In this document: positions 47,585-57,620 of the stretch, one piece after another | Position numbering within the stretch: the first letter of the stretch is position 1 | Layout of the letters: every line of letters starts with the position of its first letter | Assembly: GCA_964344655.1 (NCBI GenBank) | Contig: CAYFOF010000001.1 | Coordinates: 3,907-67,906 of the forward strand | From: Candidatus Woesearchaeota archaeon | GTDB taxonomy: Archaea > Nanobdellota > Nanobdellia > SCGC-AAA011-G17 > PNOQ01 | Length of the DNA: 64,000 nt | Direction: 5' to 3' | Notes under the pieces: generated by a model | Seen by the model: the letters and a program-made list of their open reading frames with translations, nothing else | The model's database searches: none | What the model was told of the DNA's origin: nothing | Position numbers and translations under genes: made by a program

Positions 47585-47994
47585 GTTGCTGCTTCTCCAC
47601 CAACTTTTTCAATCTTTTCTTTAGCTAAATTTGAGTAAGATTTTGCAATTATTTTAATTTTTTGGGTTAGGTTTCCTTTTCCTAAAACTTTATCATATTT
47701 GCATGCATCAAATTCTTTAGCGTTTGTTTTTAGAACTATATCATTTATTTGAGAAAGATTGATTATTTTTGGTGTTTTTGTTTTTGATTGAGGTCTTGAG
47801 AATCCAAAACTCCCATAATATCTTTTATCTCCAGATTTAATTATAGTGGGTTTTTTTTGATCTGCTCTTTTTCCAGTTCCTGCCATTCCTCTTCCACCAC
47901 GATTACCCGCACCACGGTTCTTTTTCATAGAACCATATCCATGTGTGGTCTTTGCCTTCATTCGTGTGTTCTTTTTTCTTTTATTTACTGGCAT
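47578..47994 (-). CDS. rpl15: ribosomal protein uL15
   Basis: Gly/Arg-rich N-terminus GAGNRGGRGMAGTGKR. Confidence 0.8.
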   Translation of the reverse strand: MPVNKRKKNTRMKAKTTHGYGSMKKNRGAGNRGGRGMAGTGKRADQKKPTIIKSGDKRYYGSFGFSRPQSKTKTPKIINLSQINDIVLKTNAKEFDACKYDKVLGKGNLTQKIKIIAKSYSNLAKEKIEKVGGEAATC

Positions 47995-47995
47995 T

Positions 47996-48466
47996 TTAGA
48001 TCATCCTTTGTATTAATTCGTTTATTTTGTCCTTTCTGTAACCTAGTGCACCACCAACTGAAAAGTGTTTCTTTGTTCCTTTTCTTTCGAACCCTTTTCT
48101 TGGAGGCATTAATTTGAAGAAAGGTTTTAGACCTTCTACTTCTCTTATTTGTTTAGTATCTGCAAACAATTCATCTGCAAATTTGTTTAAATCTAATTTT
48201 ATTTTTTCTTGTAAATATTCTGTAGTTACAGGTTTATTTCCTGCAATTCTTCCTCTATTTTCTAGAAGTTTTAATGTTGTTTCTTTATCAATTTCTCCCC
48301 AAGTAACATTATCTTTTATTACTTTTAACATTCCTTCAATTTGGGGAGTGTTTGAAACTAATACACAATTGTATTTTTTATGAAGATTTAATAGCTTGAA
48401 AGTTGTTTTTACCTTTCTACTTAATCCTTGTTCTCCAGCAATCCTGATTATAGCTATTTTAGTCAT
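47996..48466 (-). CDS. rpl30: ribosomal protein uL30
   Basis: IAIIRIAGEQGLSRKVKTTFKLLNLHKKYNCVLV. Confidence 0.8.
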   Translation of the reverse strand: MTKIAIIRIAGEQGLSRKVKTTFKLLNLHKKYNCVLVSNTPQIEGMLKVIKDNVTWGEIDKETTLKLLENRGRIAGNKPVTTEYLQEKIKLDLNKFADELFADTKQIREVEGLKPFFKLMPPRKGFERKGTKKHFSVGGALGYRKDKINELIQRMI

Positions 48467-49179
48467 TTTGTTTTAACCTTTGAAAGTTGTTTTAGTGCAG
48501 CCATACATGCTTTTACTAAATTTAATTGTGTGTTTGTCTTTCCGTAAGTTTTTGAATATACATCTTTTATTCCAGCTAGGGATAATATCTTTCTTAATTC
48601 TTTGTGGATACAAAGATTTGTTCCTTTTGGAGCAGGAAGTAATTCTACAATTACACTACTGCATTTTCCTGAAACTTTGAATGGAATAGAGTGAATTTCA
48701 CCACAAGCACAGTCCCAAGAACCGCAACCATACTTAACTTTTATCAAGTTTAGTTTAGCTTGTCTTATTGCTTTTTCTCTTGCAGGCACAGTTTCTTTTG
48801 CTTTTCCATAACCAATTCCAACATATCCTTTTCTGTTTCCTACAACAGCAACTGTTGCGAATTTTGGTTTATTTCCTTCTTTTGTTTTCTTTTGAGTTTG
48901 TTTCCAGATGCTTCTTTTTCCACCACCAAATTTACCTTTGGATTGACCAATTGTGATTAACTCATATTCTAGATCTGGGATTAAAGCATCTACAATTTCT
49001 GATTCTAATATTTTTCCACCTTTTTCTAAAATAACATCTATATCTTTTATTTCTCCGGATTTTACTTGTTTTCCAAATTCGGTTTTTGGAATCCAATTTG
49101 ATAAAGCTGCTTCAGTTTTTGTCTTTTGAATTTCAGCTTTCTTCTCTTCCGACATTCCTGTGTTTTTTGTTGGTGCCAT
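48463..49179 (-). CDS. rps5: ribosomal protein uS5
   Basis: dsRBD-like plus S5 C-terminal domain, FATVAVVGNRKGYVGIGYGKA. Confidence 0.85.
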   Translation of the reverse strand: MAPTKNTGMSEEKKAEIQKTKTEAALSNWIPKTEFGKQVKSGEIKDIDVILEKGGKILESEIVDALIPDLEYELITIGQSKGKFGGGKRSIWKQTQKKTKEGNKPKFATVAVVGNRKGYVGIGYGKAKETVPAREKAIRQAKLNLIKVKYGCGSWDCACGEIHSIPFKVSGKCSSVIVELLPAPKGTNLCIHKELRKILSLAGIKDVYSKTYGKTNTQLNLVKACMAALKQLSKVKTK

Positions 49180-49758
49180 TTATTCTCCGTTTATTTTTGC
49201 TTTTACTTTTGCAAATTGTTCAGCCATTAATTCAGGCTTTTGATTGTTTTTTAAATATTTTGAAAATTGTTTTTTATATTTTTCTTCATCTGCTGCTAAT
49301 GTTTTTGCAAATTCTGCGATTTTTTGTCCGGAAAGCGTTTCTTCTGAAGGGAATATTGCTTCATCGTGTTTAACTTCTATTCCTGAATCAACTATTCCTT
49401 TTATTGCTGCAGGAAGTCTTGTTCCTTTTGTTATTGAGTTTAATCCTAGATCAATTATTCCTTCTTTTATTTTGTCTTTTATTTTATTTCCAAATAAAAG
49501 TCCAGTTAAGTATGAAGCAGGGATGTTTCCTGTTGAGTAAGACCAACCATATTTTTTCAAATCTGTTGATTTAACAGTTGTGATTATTTTATCTCCATCT
49601 GCATGATATTCTACAGCTTGAATTGTTAGATTATTTGTTGAAGATCTAATTACAAATCTTGTTTTTTCAGATTTAAGATGGCTTAATCTTTTACTATAAT
49701 CTGTTTTACCTTCTCTCTTCCTTCTGAAACTTACTGTATATGTTTTACTTTTTGACAT
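49180..49758 (-). CDS. rpl18: ribosomal protein uL18
   Basis: RRKREGKTDYSKRL N-terminal signature. Confidence 0.85.
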   Translation of the reverse strand: MSKSKTYTVSFRRKREGKTDYSKRLSHLKSEKTRFVIRSSTNNLTIQAVEYHADGDKIITTVKSTDLKKYGWSYSTGNIPASYLTGLLFGNKIKDKIKEGIIDLGLNSITKGTRLPAAIKGIVDSGIEVKHDEAIFPSEETLSGQKIAEFAKTLAADEEKYKKQFSKYLKNNQKPELMAEQFAKVKAKINGE

Positions 49759-50203
49759 CTTCGAATAACCTGTTTTCTGTTAAGTATATTTTTATGTGGT
49801 TTTTACTTCTGAAAAATCCGCCTTTTACTTTACTATAAATTGTTCTATAAACTTTTGTAGAGATTAGTTTTTTATCTCTTAGCTCTTTTATGAAATCTCT
49901 TTGTTTTCTTACGTGATTCATCCAGTTTTCTTTTTTAGAAAGTCTGGCAGTTTTTACTCCTTTTCTTGAACCAGAACCAGTTCTTCTTCCTTTTCTTTTT
50001 TGAACTAATGTTTTTCTAGCTCTTGATCGTGATACTCCCCTCTTTGGGTCTGCAGATATCGCATTATCGATTATTAATGCCTTTATATCTGTCCTAGTGA
50101 TTGCTTCTTTTATATCAGATAATCTGTCTGTGCTGAATTTGATTTTCTTTGAGCCTTTCTTAAGCACATCTGCTGCAATCCTTTTTTGATTTTTTAGTTT
50201 CAT
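49745..50203 (-). CDS. rpl19e: ribosomal protein eL19
   Basis: MKLKNQKRIAADVLKKGSKKIKF. Confidence 0.85.
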   Translation of the reverse strand: MKLKNQKRIAADVLKKGSKKIKFSTDRLSDIKEAITRTDIKALIIDNAISADPKRGVSRSRARKTLVQKRKGRRTGSGSRKGVKTARLSKKENWMNHVRKQRDFIKELRDKKLISTKVYRTIYSKVKGGFFRSKNHIKIYLTENRLFEDVKK

Positions 50204-50844
50204 TGTTTACTTCCAGGAACACTGCTATGTTGGTGTCCTTCTTTTTGAGAGGTTGTGTTTTTTTGTTTTGTTTCTTTTACTGGTTTTTCCTCTTTAGGTT
50301 TTGATTTTAATACATCTTCTTTTACTTCATCTTGTTTTTCTTTGCTTTCTTCTTCTTTCTTTTTCTCTTCTGCTTTTTTCAAAGATGAAGCTTTAGATTT
50401 CTTTTTATCTTCTAATTTCTTTGTTTTTTGTTTTTTGTTTAATTCTAATTTTGACTTAACGTCAGCTATAAATTTATCAATATCTTTAACATTAACAACT
50501 TGTAATTTTTTTGCTTTACATTCTTCTAATATTTTTACTTTGTTTTTTGTACCAACAGTAGATGAAATTTCTACAATTTGGTTTTCTTTTACATTATTTA
50601 GATCATTTAAGTTTGAAACATTTACTAATTCTAGTCCTGAAGTATGAAGACCTCTAACTTCAACAGGAGATCTGAAACCTTGTGATGGATTTTTTTGATG
50701 TCCAGCAAATTTTAATCTTCTTTTATTATGAAGACCTCTTGGTTTTCTCCAATTGTTTTTGTATTTCTTTCTATTAGAATCTGTTCTAAGGAAAGTTGGC
50801 TTTTTAGCCTTCAATTTTTTTCTAATTTCTAGTAAAGCTTTCAT
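50200..50844 (-). CDS. rpl32e: ribosomal protein eL32 with long K/E-rich C-terminal extension
   Basis: FLRTDSNRKKYKNNWRKPRGLHNKRR core. Confidence 0.8.
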   Translation of the reverse strand: MKALLEIRKKLKAKKPTFLRTDSNRKKYKNNWRKPRGLHNKRRLKFAGHQKNPSQGFRSPVEVRGLHTSGLELVNVSNLNDLNNVKENQIVEISSTVGTKNKVKILEECKAKKLQVVNVKDIDKFIADVKSKLELNKKQKTKKLEDKKKSKASSLKKAEEKKKEEESKEKQDEVKEDVLKSKPKEEKPVKETKQKNTTSQKEGHQHSSVPGSKQ

Positions 50845-51386
50845 ATTTTTTTACCTGCTTTTGATGTTATGAATATTCCATCTTGAAATCTTCTTCTATC
50901 TCTGTTTGTTATTCTTGTTAATGCTTCTATAGATGCTGCAACTTGTCCTGCTTTTTCTTTATCTACGGATTTAACTTTGATATCATTTCCTTTGATTTCA
51001 ATATCTACGCCTTCTGGCATTTTTCTTTTTCTAGGAACTGATTCTCCTAGGAAATTTTTTACAACAACTTCGCCATTATCTAATGAAACTGTCATAGGGA
51101 AGTGACCTGAACATATTTTTAATTCATATTCATATTCCTCTGTAACTCCTTTCATCATGTTTACTAAATGCGCTTCAGTTGTTTTCATGATCATTTTTTC
51201 TTTTTTTGCTGCGTTTTTTACGGAGAATGTAACTCCATCTTCTTTTATTTCAACTTTTATTCCTGGTGTAAATATCTTTCTAGACAATTCTCCTTTAGGG
51301 CCTTTTACTTTGATTGTATTTTTATCTAAAGTAACTTCCACTCCTTCGGGAATACTAATTTTATCTGTGATATCTACTTTTGCCAT
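50841..51386 (-). CDS. rpl6: ribosomal protein uL6
   Basis: Two-repeat uL6 pattern; operon order. Confidence 0.85.
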   Translation of the reverse strand: MAKVDITDKISIPEGVEVTLDKNTIKVKGPKGELSRKIFTPGIKVEIKEDGVTFSVKNAAKKEKMIMKTTEAHLVNMMKGVTEEYEYELKICSGHFPMTVSLDNGEVVVKNFLGESVPRKRKMPEGVDIEIKGNDIKVKSVDKEKAGQVAASIEALTRITNRDRRRFQDGIFITSKAGKKI

Positions 51387-51387
51387 T

Positions 51388-51780
51388 TTAATAACAGTAA
51401 GCGATTAATTTTCCTCCAAGTTTTTGTTCTATTGCTTTGTCTTGTGTCATTAATCCTTTTGTTGTTGAAACAATCATTATTCCGAAATCTTTAGCAGGAA
51501 GATATCTTCTTTCATATTTTTCATATCCTTCCATATTTACTGGGAATCTTGGTTTTATTGCTCCGCAATTATTTATTGCTCCTTTTAGTTCGACAATAAT
51601 TGTGTTGCCTTTTGGACTTTCTTTGAATTCAATTTTACTAACATAGCCATGAGATTTCATAATTTCTAAAACTTCTTTTATCATTTTAGACGCATCTCTA
51701 ACTATGCATGTGCTTTTTCCTACCTTTTCACAATTTAACATGTGAGATAAGGCATTTGCTAGTGTATCGTTCATTGACAT
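51388..51780 (-). CDS. rps8: ribosomal protein uS8
   Basis: MNDTLANALSHMLNCEKVGK. Confidence 0.85.
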   Translation of the reverse strand: MSMNDTLANALSHMLNCEKVGKSTCIVRDASKMIKEVLEIMKSHGYVSKIEFKESPKGNTIIVELKGAINNCGAIKPRFPVNMEGYEKYERRYLPAKDFGIMIVSTTKGLMTQDKAIEQKLGGKLIAYCY

Positions 51781-51789
51781 TTTTTATCC

Positions 51790-52032
51790 TCAACTGTATT
51801 TTTGAAAGCCTAGTTTCTTTGCTGTTTCTCTGAAACATTGTCTGCATAATCCTAGACCGTATTTTTGAATATGAGCTCCATTTCTTCCGCATCTTTTACA
51901 TTTTTTTAAAGCAATTCCACATGATCTTTCTTTAGGCTTGTTGTGTTTTATGTATTTCTTCAACTTTACAGGTTTAGCCTTAAGTTGTGTATATGCTTTT
52001 TTATGATCAGATGTTGTCATTTTATTCTTCAT
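51790..52032 (-). CDS. rps14: ribosomal protein uS14 (zinc-binding type)
   Basis: CxxC...CRQC and C-terminal signature. Confidence 0.75.
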   Translation of the reverse strand: MKNKMTTSDHKKAYTQLKAKPVKLKKYIKHNKPKERSCGIALKKCKRCGRNGAHIQKYGLGLCRQCFRETAKKLGFQKYS

Positions 52033-52537
52033 CTCCTATTTTAACATTAAATTTTGTTTTCATGAATTCTTGTGCTTCTTCTGTTGTAATTCTGTGTTTT
52101 GTTGGTATTTTTTTAGTGTTAAATTTTCTTTTTTTGATTCTGAAACCTGCTCTTTCTAATGTAACAGCAACTTCTAATCCAACAATTCCAATTTCTACTA
52201 TATATTCCATTCCTGGAATGTCAATATATTCTGGAATTCCGAATGCAAAGTTTCCTTCTTTATCGAATGATTTTGGTTTTAGAGTATTATCAACAGCAGT
52301 AAGTAATTTTTTTAGTAATTCTTCTGCTTCTTTTCCTCTTATTGTAACTTTAGTTCCAATTGCTAGGCCAGGTCTTACTTGCCAAGTTGGAATTCTTTTA
52401 TTTGAAACTCTTTGAACAGGTTTTTTTCCAGTTATTTTATTTAGAAGCATTGTATATTTCTCTAATTTATCTCCTGCTTCTCCTGCTCCCATGTTAAGGG
52501 TAAGCTTCTCTATCTTAATTTCTCTCATCTTATTCAT
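52022..52537 (-). CDS. rpl5: ribosomal protein uL5
   Basis: uL5 core pattern; operon order. Confidence 0.85.
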   Translation of the reverse strand: MNKMREIKIEKLTLNMGAGEAGDKLEKYTMLLNKITGKKPVQRVSNKRIPTWQVRPGLAIGTKVTIRGKEAEELLKKLLTAVDNTLKPKSFDKEGNFAFGIPEYIDIPGMEYIVEIGIVGLEVAVTLERAGFRIKKRKFNTKKIPTKHRITTEEAQEFMKTKFNVKIGDEE

Positions 52538-53228
52538 TTTGTAAAGTTACCAAAGGTTTAGTTTTACCGACTACAAAAACATAATTTCTTAATGTTTCGA
52601 AGTCTTCTTTTCCTTGAGTGAATATGATTTTTGCTGGTTGTAATCCTTTCTTTTGGATTATTTCTTTTACAAGTCCAGTTTTTCCAACTTGTTTTCCTGC
52701 TAAAATGTAACACATAACGCCTTTCTCTAATTTTATGTGGTCTTTTACTTTATTATCTGAGAAAATAACTGTGTCTCCAGTGCTGTATTTTTCTTCTGAA
52801 AGTAAGTTTGAACCTTCTGAGAAATTTATTTGTGTTTTTTTACCTTTTAATGAAGTTTTATTTTCAACTCTTTTTAGTAATAATTTTGCTTCATCGTTTT
52901 TTATTTTGATAGGAATTAATTTTCCTTTAGTATTGATTATTATTCTGTAATTGTCTTTACCTATTGTGATTACATCTAGTATTCCAACAGGGAATTTTTG
53001 TTTTTTGATAACTTTTCCATTAACGGAAACTTTTCCTTCATTAATTACGTATTTAGTTTCTTTTGTTGTTTTTACGTAGTTTAATATTTCTTTCAAGATT
53101 AAGCCAGCTGGCATAGATGTTTCAAATGAATGTGAACCAGGGTTAGATCTAAGTACCCATACGTTGGTTTTTCTATTAATTGGCCATGATTTTGGCGCTG
53201 CTAGTCTTTTTATGTGTGCTTTTGCCAT
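52530..53228 (-). CDS. rps4e: ribosomal protein eS4
   Basis: MAKAHIKRLAAPKSWPI N-terminus, KOW region. Confidence 0.85.
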   Translation of the reverse strand: MAKAHIKRLAAPKSWPINRKTNVWVLRSNPGSHSFETSMPAGLILKEILNYVKTTKETKYVINEGKVSVNGKVIKKQKFPVGILDVITIGKDNYRIIINTKGKLIPIKIKNDEAKLLLKRVENKTSLKGKKTQINFSEGSNLLSEEKYSTGDTVIFSDNKVKDHIKLEKGVMCYILAGKQVGKTGLVKEIIQKKGLQPAKIIFTQGKEDFETLRNYVFVVGKTKPLVTLQNE

Positions 53229-53229
53229 T

Positions 53230-53610
53230 TTATTTTCTCTCTAAACTCGCTTTTCTTTTTTTATCTTCTAATTTTAATTCTGTGATCATTAAATTTGACG
53301 GAGATATTGGATAACCAACTTTTGATCCATCTTTCTTTATGTTTTCTGCACCTTGAACAAGGATTTTTATATTTCTCATGTCAACTTTTTCAATTAATCC
53401 AGTTTTACCTTTGAATTGTCCTCTCATGATCTTTACTTTGTCTCCTTTTATCACAGGGAAGTTTCTTTTTCCGTGTTTTTCTCTAAGTTCTTTAGAGAAG
53501 TTTACTGAAATGAACTTCTTTTTTATGTGAAGAGGAGCGTTGTGCCTATACTTTCTTTGCTTTCTAGGTTGTTTGCTCCTTATCCATGATATTGAAAATA
53601 TTGATTTCAT
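53230..53610 (-). CDS. rpl24: ribosomal protein uL24
   Basis: KOW motif VIKGDKVKIMRGQFKGKTG. Confidence 0.8.
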   Translation of the reverse strand: MKSIFSISWIRSKQPRKQRKYRHNAPLHIKKKFISVNFSKELREKHGKRNFPVIKGDKVKIMRGQFKGKTGLIEKVDMRNIKILVQGAENIKKDGSKVGYPISPSNLMITELKLEDKKRKASLERK

Positions 53611-53612
53611 TT

Positions 53613-54014
53613 TTATACTATAATTTTAGCCACTTTTCCTACGGCTGTCCATCTTTCTGCGGCTTCTTTTGCAATTGGTCCTTTGAAGATTGTTCCTTTT
53701 GGATTTCCTTTTTCATCTTTACAAATAACAACTGCATTATCTTCGAATTTTATTCTTGTGCCGTCTGGTCTTTTGTATTCTTTTCTTTGTCTTACTAAAA
53801 TAGCAGGAACTAATTGTTTTCTCATCTCTTGATTACCTTGAACAATAGATACTTTAAGCAAATCACCAACTCCAGCAGTAGGGAATCTTCCTTTTCTTGT
53901 TTTAGATCCTTTTACAGAAACTAAGAATGCTTTTTTAGCTCCCGAATTATCACAAACATCTATTCTAGATCCTCTTACAAGAGTTTTTGTAACATTTGCA
54001 CTTATTGCTTTCAT
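53613..54014 (-). CDS. rpl14: ribosomal protein uL14
   Basis: Highly conserved uL14 sequence (DNSGAK, AGVGD). Confidence 0.9.
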   Translation of the reverse strand: MKAISANVTKTLVRGSRIDVCDNSGAKKAFLVSVKGSKTRKGRFPTAGVGDLLKVSIVQGNQEMRKQLVPAILVRQRKEYKRPDGTRIKFEDNAVVICKDEKGNPKGTIFKGPIAKEAAERWTAVGKVAKIIV

Positions 54015-54016
54015 TT

Positions 54017-54346
54017 TTATTCCTGTTTTTCAATTATTACGAATTTTTTTGTTTTACTTATTGGTTTAGTTTCAACAATCTTTACCATGTCTCCTTTTTG
54101 TGCATCTATGCAAGGAGGATTGTGAACACTTACTTTTGATTTCTTTTTCTCTGTTCTTTCATATTTTGGAATTTTTATTATTCTATCCCATTCTACAACT
54201 GCAGAATTGTGAGTATCTTTAGAAATAAGAGTTCCGGAGAAAGTTCTGCCTCTAAGTTTAATTGATCCATGGTATGGACAATTCTTATCAGTGCACTTTT
54301 CTTTTGGTGCTTTTACTTCAATTCCAATGTTTTTTTGTTTTTTCAT
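54017..54346 (-). CDS. rps17: ribosomal protein uS17
   Basis: OB-fold uS17 pattern GTLISKDTHNSAVVEWD...KVHNPP. Confidence 0.85.
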   Translation of the reverse strand: MKKQKNIGIEVKAPKEKCTDKNCPYHGSIKLRGRTFSGTLISKDTHNSAVVEWDRIIKIPKYERTEKKKSKVSVHNPPCIDAQKGDMVKIVETKPISKTKKFVIIEKQE

Positions 54347-54603
54347 TTTTTTATTCTGTCTTCTGGTCTTTTTTGTAACGTTTTTCCGTCGATGATTTCG
54401 CCATCGATCTCTAACGTTACATGCGATTTAAGCAACTTTTTTTTGTTGCTTAGCGTGATCGTGTTTTTCGTTTCTTCAACAACATCTCCGGTCACTCCGA
54501 CAAGGGTTTTGTTTTGCGATTCGACAACTTTTATTTTTTTTCCAATGATTTCTTTTTTCCAAGTTTTTACCATTTTATTCAATGGTGTCTCGGTTGAAAC
54601 CAA
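54343..54603 (-). CDS. rnp1: RNase P protein component Rpp29 (Rnp1)
   Basis: KIKVVESQNKTLVGVTGDVVEETKNT...RPEDRIKK; position between S17 and SUI1/L29. Confidence 0.6.
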   Translation of the reverse strand: MVSTETPLNKMVKTWKKEIIGKKIKVVESQNKTLVGVTGDVVEETKNTITLSNKKKLLKSHVTLEIDGEIIDGKTLQKRPEDRIKK

Positions 54604-54880
54604 GCTTCACAAGTTCTTCTTTTACTTTCGCAACGTTGTGGTCGCCTTGAAGTTCAATGTTTGAACCTTTAACCGTTCCACCGCAAGCGAACTTGCTTTT
54701 AAGCTTTTTGGACACGTCTTTGATGTCGATTTTTGCCTTGTCTATACCTTCGATGACTGTTATTATTTTTCCGTATCTTTTCTTTTCTTTTTTAACACGG
54801 ATTGCCTGATCTTCTTTTGCTATTGTTTCGCAAACGCAAAGGTCCTCTGGAAGCCCACATGTGGAGCATATTTCAGTCAT
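54575..54880 (-). CDS. sui1: translation initiation factor SUI1 (aIF1)
   Basis: N-terminal CxxC...CxC plus SUI1 fold pattern. Confidence 0.8.
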   Translation of the reverse strand: MTEICSTCGLPEDLCVCETIAKEDQAIRVKKEKKRYGKIITVIEGIDKAKIDIKDVSKKLKSKFACGGTVKGSNIELQGDHNVAKVKEELVKLGFNRDTIE

Positions 54881-55089
54881 ACTTTATTCTCACCCTCCTT
54901 CTGTTTTTGAACTGTTAATATTCTTGCTATGGTTCTTTTGATTTCTTTTATTTTTCCAGGATTTTCTGGAGCAGTACCCATAGCAACTTGAGCATTAAGT
55001 GAAATTAATTCATTTCTTAATTCAGTTAATCGAGTTGCAATTGTTTTATCGTCCATGCTTCTCAATTCCTTTATTTTTATTATTGCCAT
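54877..55089 (-). CDS. rpl29: ribosomal protein uL29
   Basis: 70-aa helical protein ELRSMDDKTIATRLTELRNEL. Confidence 0.75.
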   Translation of the reverse strand: MAIIKIKELRSMDDKTIATRLTELRNELISLNAQVAMGTAPENPGKIKEIKRTIARILTVQKQKEGENKV

Positions 55090-55090
55090 T

Positions 55091-55996
55091 TTATTCTTTC
55101 TTTGCAGCTTTCTTCTTTGCTAATTCAGCTGCAGTTGGAACTTTCTCTTCTTTTTTTTGTGCTTGTTTAGCTAGTTCTTCGCCAGATTCTTCTTTTACTT
55201 CTTCAGCCACTTTTTCTGCAACTTCTTCTTTCATACCTTCTTCTTGAAGTTCTTCTTTTACTTCCTCTTTAATTTCTTCTTTGATCTCTTCTTTTGTTGC
55301 TTTTTTCTTTTTTGCAGGCGCTTTTTCTTTGATTTCTTTCTTTACTTTTTCTTCTTTTTCGCCTTCAAGAACTTCTTCTTTTTTTGTAGAAGGTGTTTCA
55401 TTTTTGATTTTGATTGTATCTGGAAGTGGCACGTCTGGTGTTAAGATACTTACTTTAACTCCGATTGAACCAGATTTAAGATGTGCAACTGCAAATCCTT
55501 TACTGATTAAGTTTTCTGCAACATCTCCAGATTTTTTTAAGTGTCCAGCAGAGAATCTCCATGTTTTAGATCTTTGACTTGGAACTCCTCTTCCTGAAAT
55601 AACAATTTCTCCACCGATTGCTCCAGCTTCAATAATTGTATCTAACATTTTATATCCTAAAAATTTGAATCTTTGCGGACCAAATCTTTCAAAAGTATGA
55701 ACTATGTGTTTTGCCACAGAGTGTGGGTTTAAGTTTGGATTATCTATTTCGCTTACTTCTACTTGCGGATTTTCAAATCCGAATTTTATTTTTAATACAT
55801 CAGTAAGTTCTTTTATGTTTGCACCCTTTCTTCCGACGATAAATCCTGGTTTTGATGTAAAGATTGTAACTTTTTCACCTAATGGAGTTTTTTGAATTGT
55901 TGTGTGACTATATCCTGGTCTATCCAAAACTTCTGCTATGTACTCAAGAATTTCAAATTCTTTAAGTTTCTTTTTTATAATCTCTCTTTCAATCAT
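55091..55996 (-). CDS. rps3: ribosomal protein uS3 with K/E-rich C-terminal extension
   Basis: KH domain plus uS3 C-terminal domain. Confidence 0.85.
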   Translation of the reverse strand: MIEREIIKKKLKEFEILEYIAEVLDRPGYSHTTIQKTPLGEKVTIFTSKPGFIVGRKGANIKELTDVLKIKFGFENPQVEVSEIDNPNLNPHSVAKHIVHTFERFGPQRFKFLGYKMLDTIIEAGAIGGEIVISGRGVPSQRSKTWRFSAGHLKKSGDVAENLISKGFAVAHLKSGSIGVKVSILTPDVPLPDTIKIKNETPSTKKEEVLEGEKEEKVKKEIKEKAPAKKKKATKEEIKEEIKEEVKEELQEEGMKEEVAEKVAEEVKEESGEELAKQAQKKEEKVPTAAELAKKKAAKKE

Positions 55997-56493
55997 TCTT
56001 CTTTCTCCATTACCTTAATTGACAAATGAGTGTTTTTCATTTTTCTTCTTCTCATTCTACCTTGGTGCCATTGTTGAGGACCTATGTCTGCTTTTATTTC
56101 TGTTATGATTAAATTTTTTGAATCTAAACCTTTATCTTCTGCATTTGCTTCTACAGTATTTATTAGAGAAAGGAAATTTTGTATTGCTTTTTCTGGGTAC
56201 CTTCCAGATGCAATATTTCCAGATTTGTGTCCAGTGTCTCTATTGTATCTTTTGAAAGGAACTGCTTTTTTATGTTCTAAAACTTCATTCAACAACATTT
56301 TTGCTTTTGTTGTTTCTTTGTTTCTTATGAAATTACAAACTTCGACTGATTGTTTTGTTGAAATTGGAAGATTAAGAGACTTTGCAGTAGCAAAATGTTC
56401 TTTTTTATCTACTGGTTTAGCTTCAACTTTTTTAGTTTCTACTTTTTCAGCAGGTTTCTTTTCTTCCGTTGTTGTTTTTTTAGTTTCAGTCAT
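55993..56493 (-). CDS. rpl22: ribosomal protein uL22 with K/E-rich N-terminal extension
   Basis: uL22 core following the extension. Confidence 0.8.
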   Translation of the reverse strand: MTETKKTTTEEKKPAEKVETKKVEAKPVDKKEHFATAKSLNLPISTKQSVEVCNFIRNKETTKAKMLLNEVLEHKKAVPFKRYNRDTGHKSGNIASGRYPEKAIQNFLSLINTVEANAEDKGLDSKNLIITEIKADIGPQQWHQGRMRRRKMKNTHLSIKVMEKEE

Positions 56494-56495
56494 TT

Positions 56496-56894
56496 TTATT
56501 TCACAGATGCGTATGCACTAGATCTTGTAGCTCCGATACCAGGTGCACTGTGTTTCAATCTTACTCTTGTTTCAGCAAATTCACCAAGTCTGTGTCCAAT
56601 CATTTCAGGCATAACTTCTATTTGGTCAAATTTGTTTCCTCTATGGATTTGGATTTTTAATCCTACCATGGTTGGAAGTATGATCATGTTTCTGCAATGT
56701 GTTTTTATTGCTTTTTTGTAAGTTCCATTATTTGCTGCTTCTACTTTTTTCATTAATGTTTTTTGAGCATCAGTGAATCCTCTAGTTATTGTTCTTCTTT
56801 CTCTTGTAGGAAGTAATTTTGCTACTTCTTGAATAGGCATTGCCTTAAGTTCTTCTAGTGTTTTTCCCCGATATGTGAATTCTTTCTTAGCCAT
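56496..56894 (-). CDS. rps19: ribosomal protein uS19
   Basis: uS19 pattern GKTLEEL...HCRNMIILPTMVGLKIQIHRG. Confidence 0.85.
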   Translation of the reverse strand: MAKKEFTYRGKTLEELKAMPIQEVAKLLPTRERRTITRGFTDAQKTLMKKVEAANNGTYKKAIKTHCRNMIILPTMVGLKIQIHRGNKFDQIEVMPEMIGHRLGEFAETRVRLKHSAPGIGATRSSAYASVK

Positions 56895-56896
56895 TT

Positions 56897-57619
56897 TTAT
56901 TTCTTACCTGTTTTTTTAGATGCAATGGAACCAACTTTTCTTCCAGGTGGTGCATTTCTTGATACAGTTCTTGGTTTACCGATGTGTCTTCCTCTACCAG
57001 ATCCGAATGGGTGGTCTACTGCGTTCATCGCTACACCAGATGTCTTTGGGAATAATTTGTTCTTTCCCTTCATAATCTTTACTTTTTTACCTGCTTTTAA
57101 GATTGGTTTATCTTTTCTTCCGCCGCCAGCAACTATACCAATTGTTGCACGGCAATTTGAATCTATTATTTTTGTTTTTTTAGTTTTAAATTGAATAGTA
57201 ACTTTTTTGTCTGATTTTGCAATAACTCTTGCGAAGCTTCCTGCAGTTTTAACGAATTTTCCACCATCACCAACTTGATTTTCTACGTTGTGTATTTGTG
57301 TTCCAATTGGAATTGCACTTAAAGGTACTGTGTTTCCTAGATCTACTCCTGCTTTTTTTCCGGAATAAACTATTTTATTTGTGTTTAATCCTAAAGGAGC
57401 AAGAGCTAAAATTCTTTCTCCGCCTTCGAATTCTACTTCGATTAAAGGAGCTGAATGTCCTGGGCAATTAATTATATCTAATACTCTGCCTGCAATAACT
57501 CCTTCTTTTTCGAAATTATCGTAAGCTCTGTTTGAAACTGCACCAACGAATTTATGACTAGGAGACCTATATGTTTGTGTTCCTCTTCCCCGTCTTTGTG
57601 CAATAATTCTCTTACCCAT
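56897..57619 (-). CDS. rpl2: ribosomal protein uL2
   Basis: Conserved uL2 C-terminal GGGRKDKP...HPFGSGRG. Confidence 0.9.
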   Translation of the reverse strand: MGKRIIAQRRGRGTQTYRSPSHKFVGAVSNRAYDNFEKEGVIAGRVLDIINCPGHSAPLIEVEFEGGERILALAPLGLNTNKIVYSGKKAGVDLGNTVPLSAIPIGTQIHNVENQVGDGGKFVKTAGSFARVIAKSDKKVTIQFKTKKTKIIDSNCRATIGIVAGGGRKDKPILKAGKKVKIMKGKNKLFPKTSGVAMNAVDHPFGSGRGRHIGKPRTVSRNAPPGRKVGSIASKKTGKK

Positions 57620-57620
57620 T

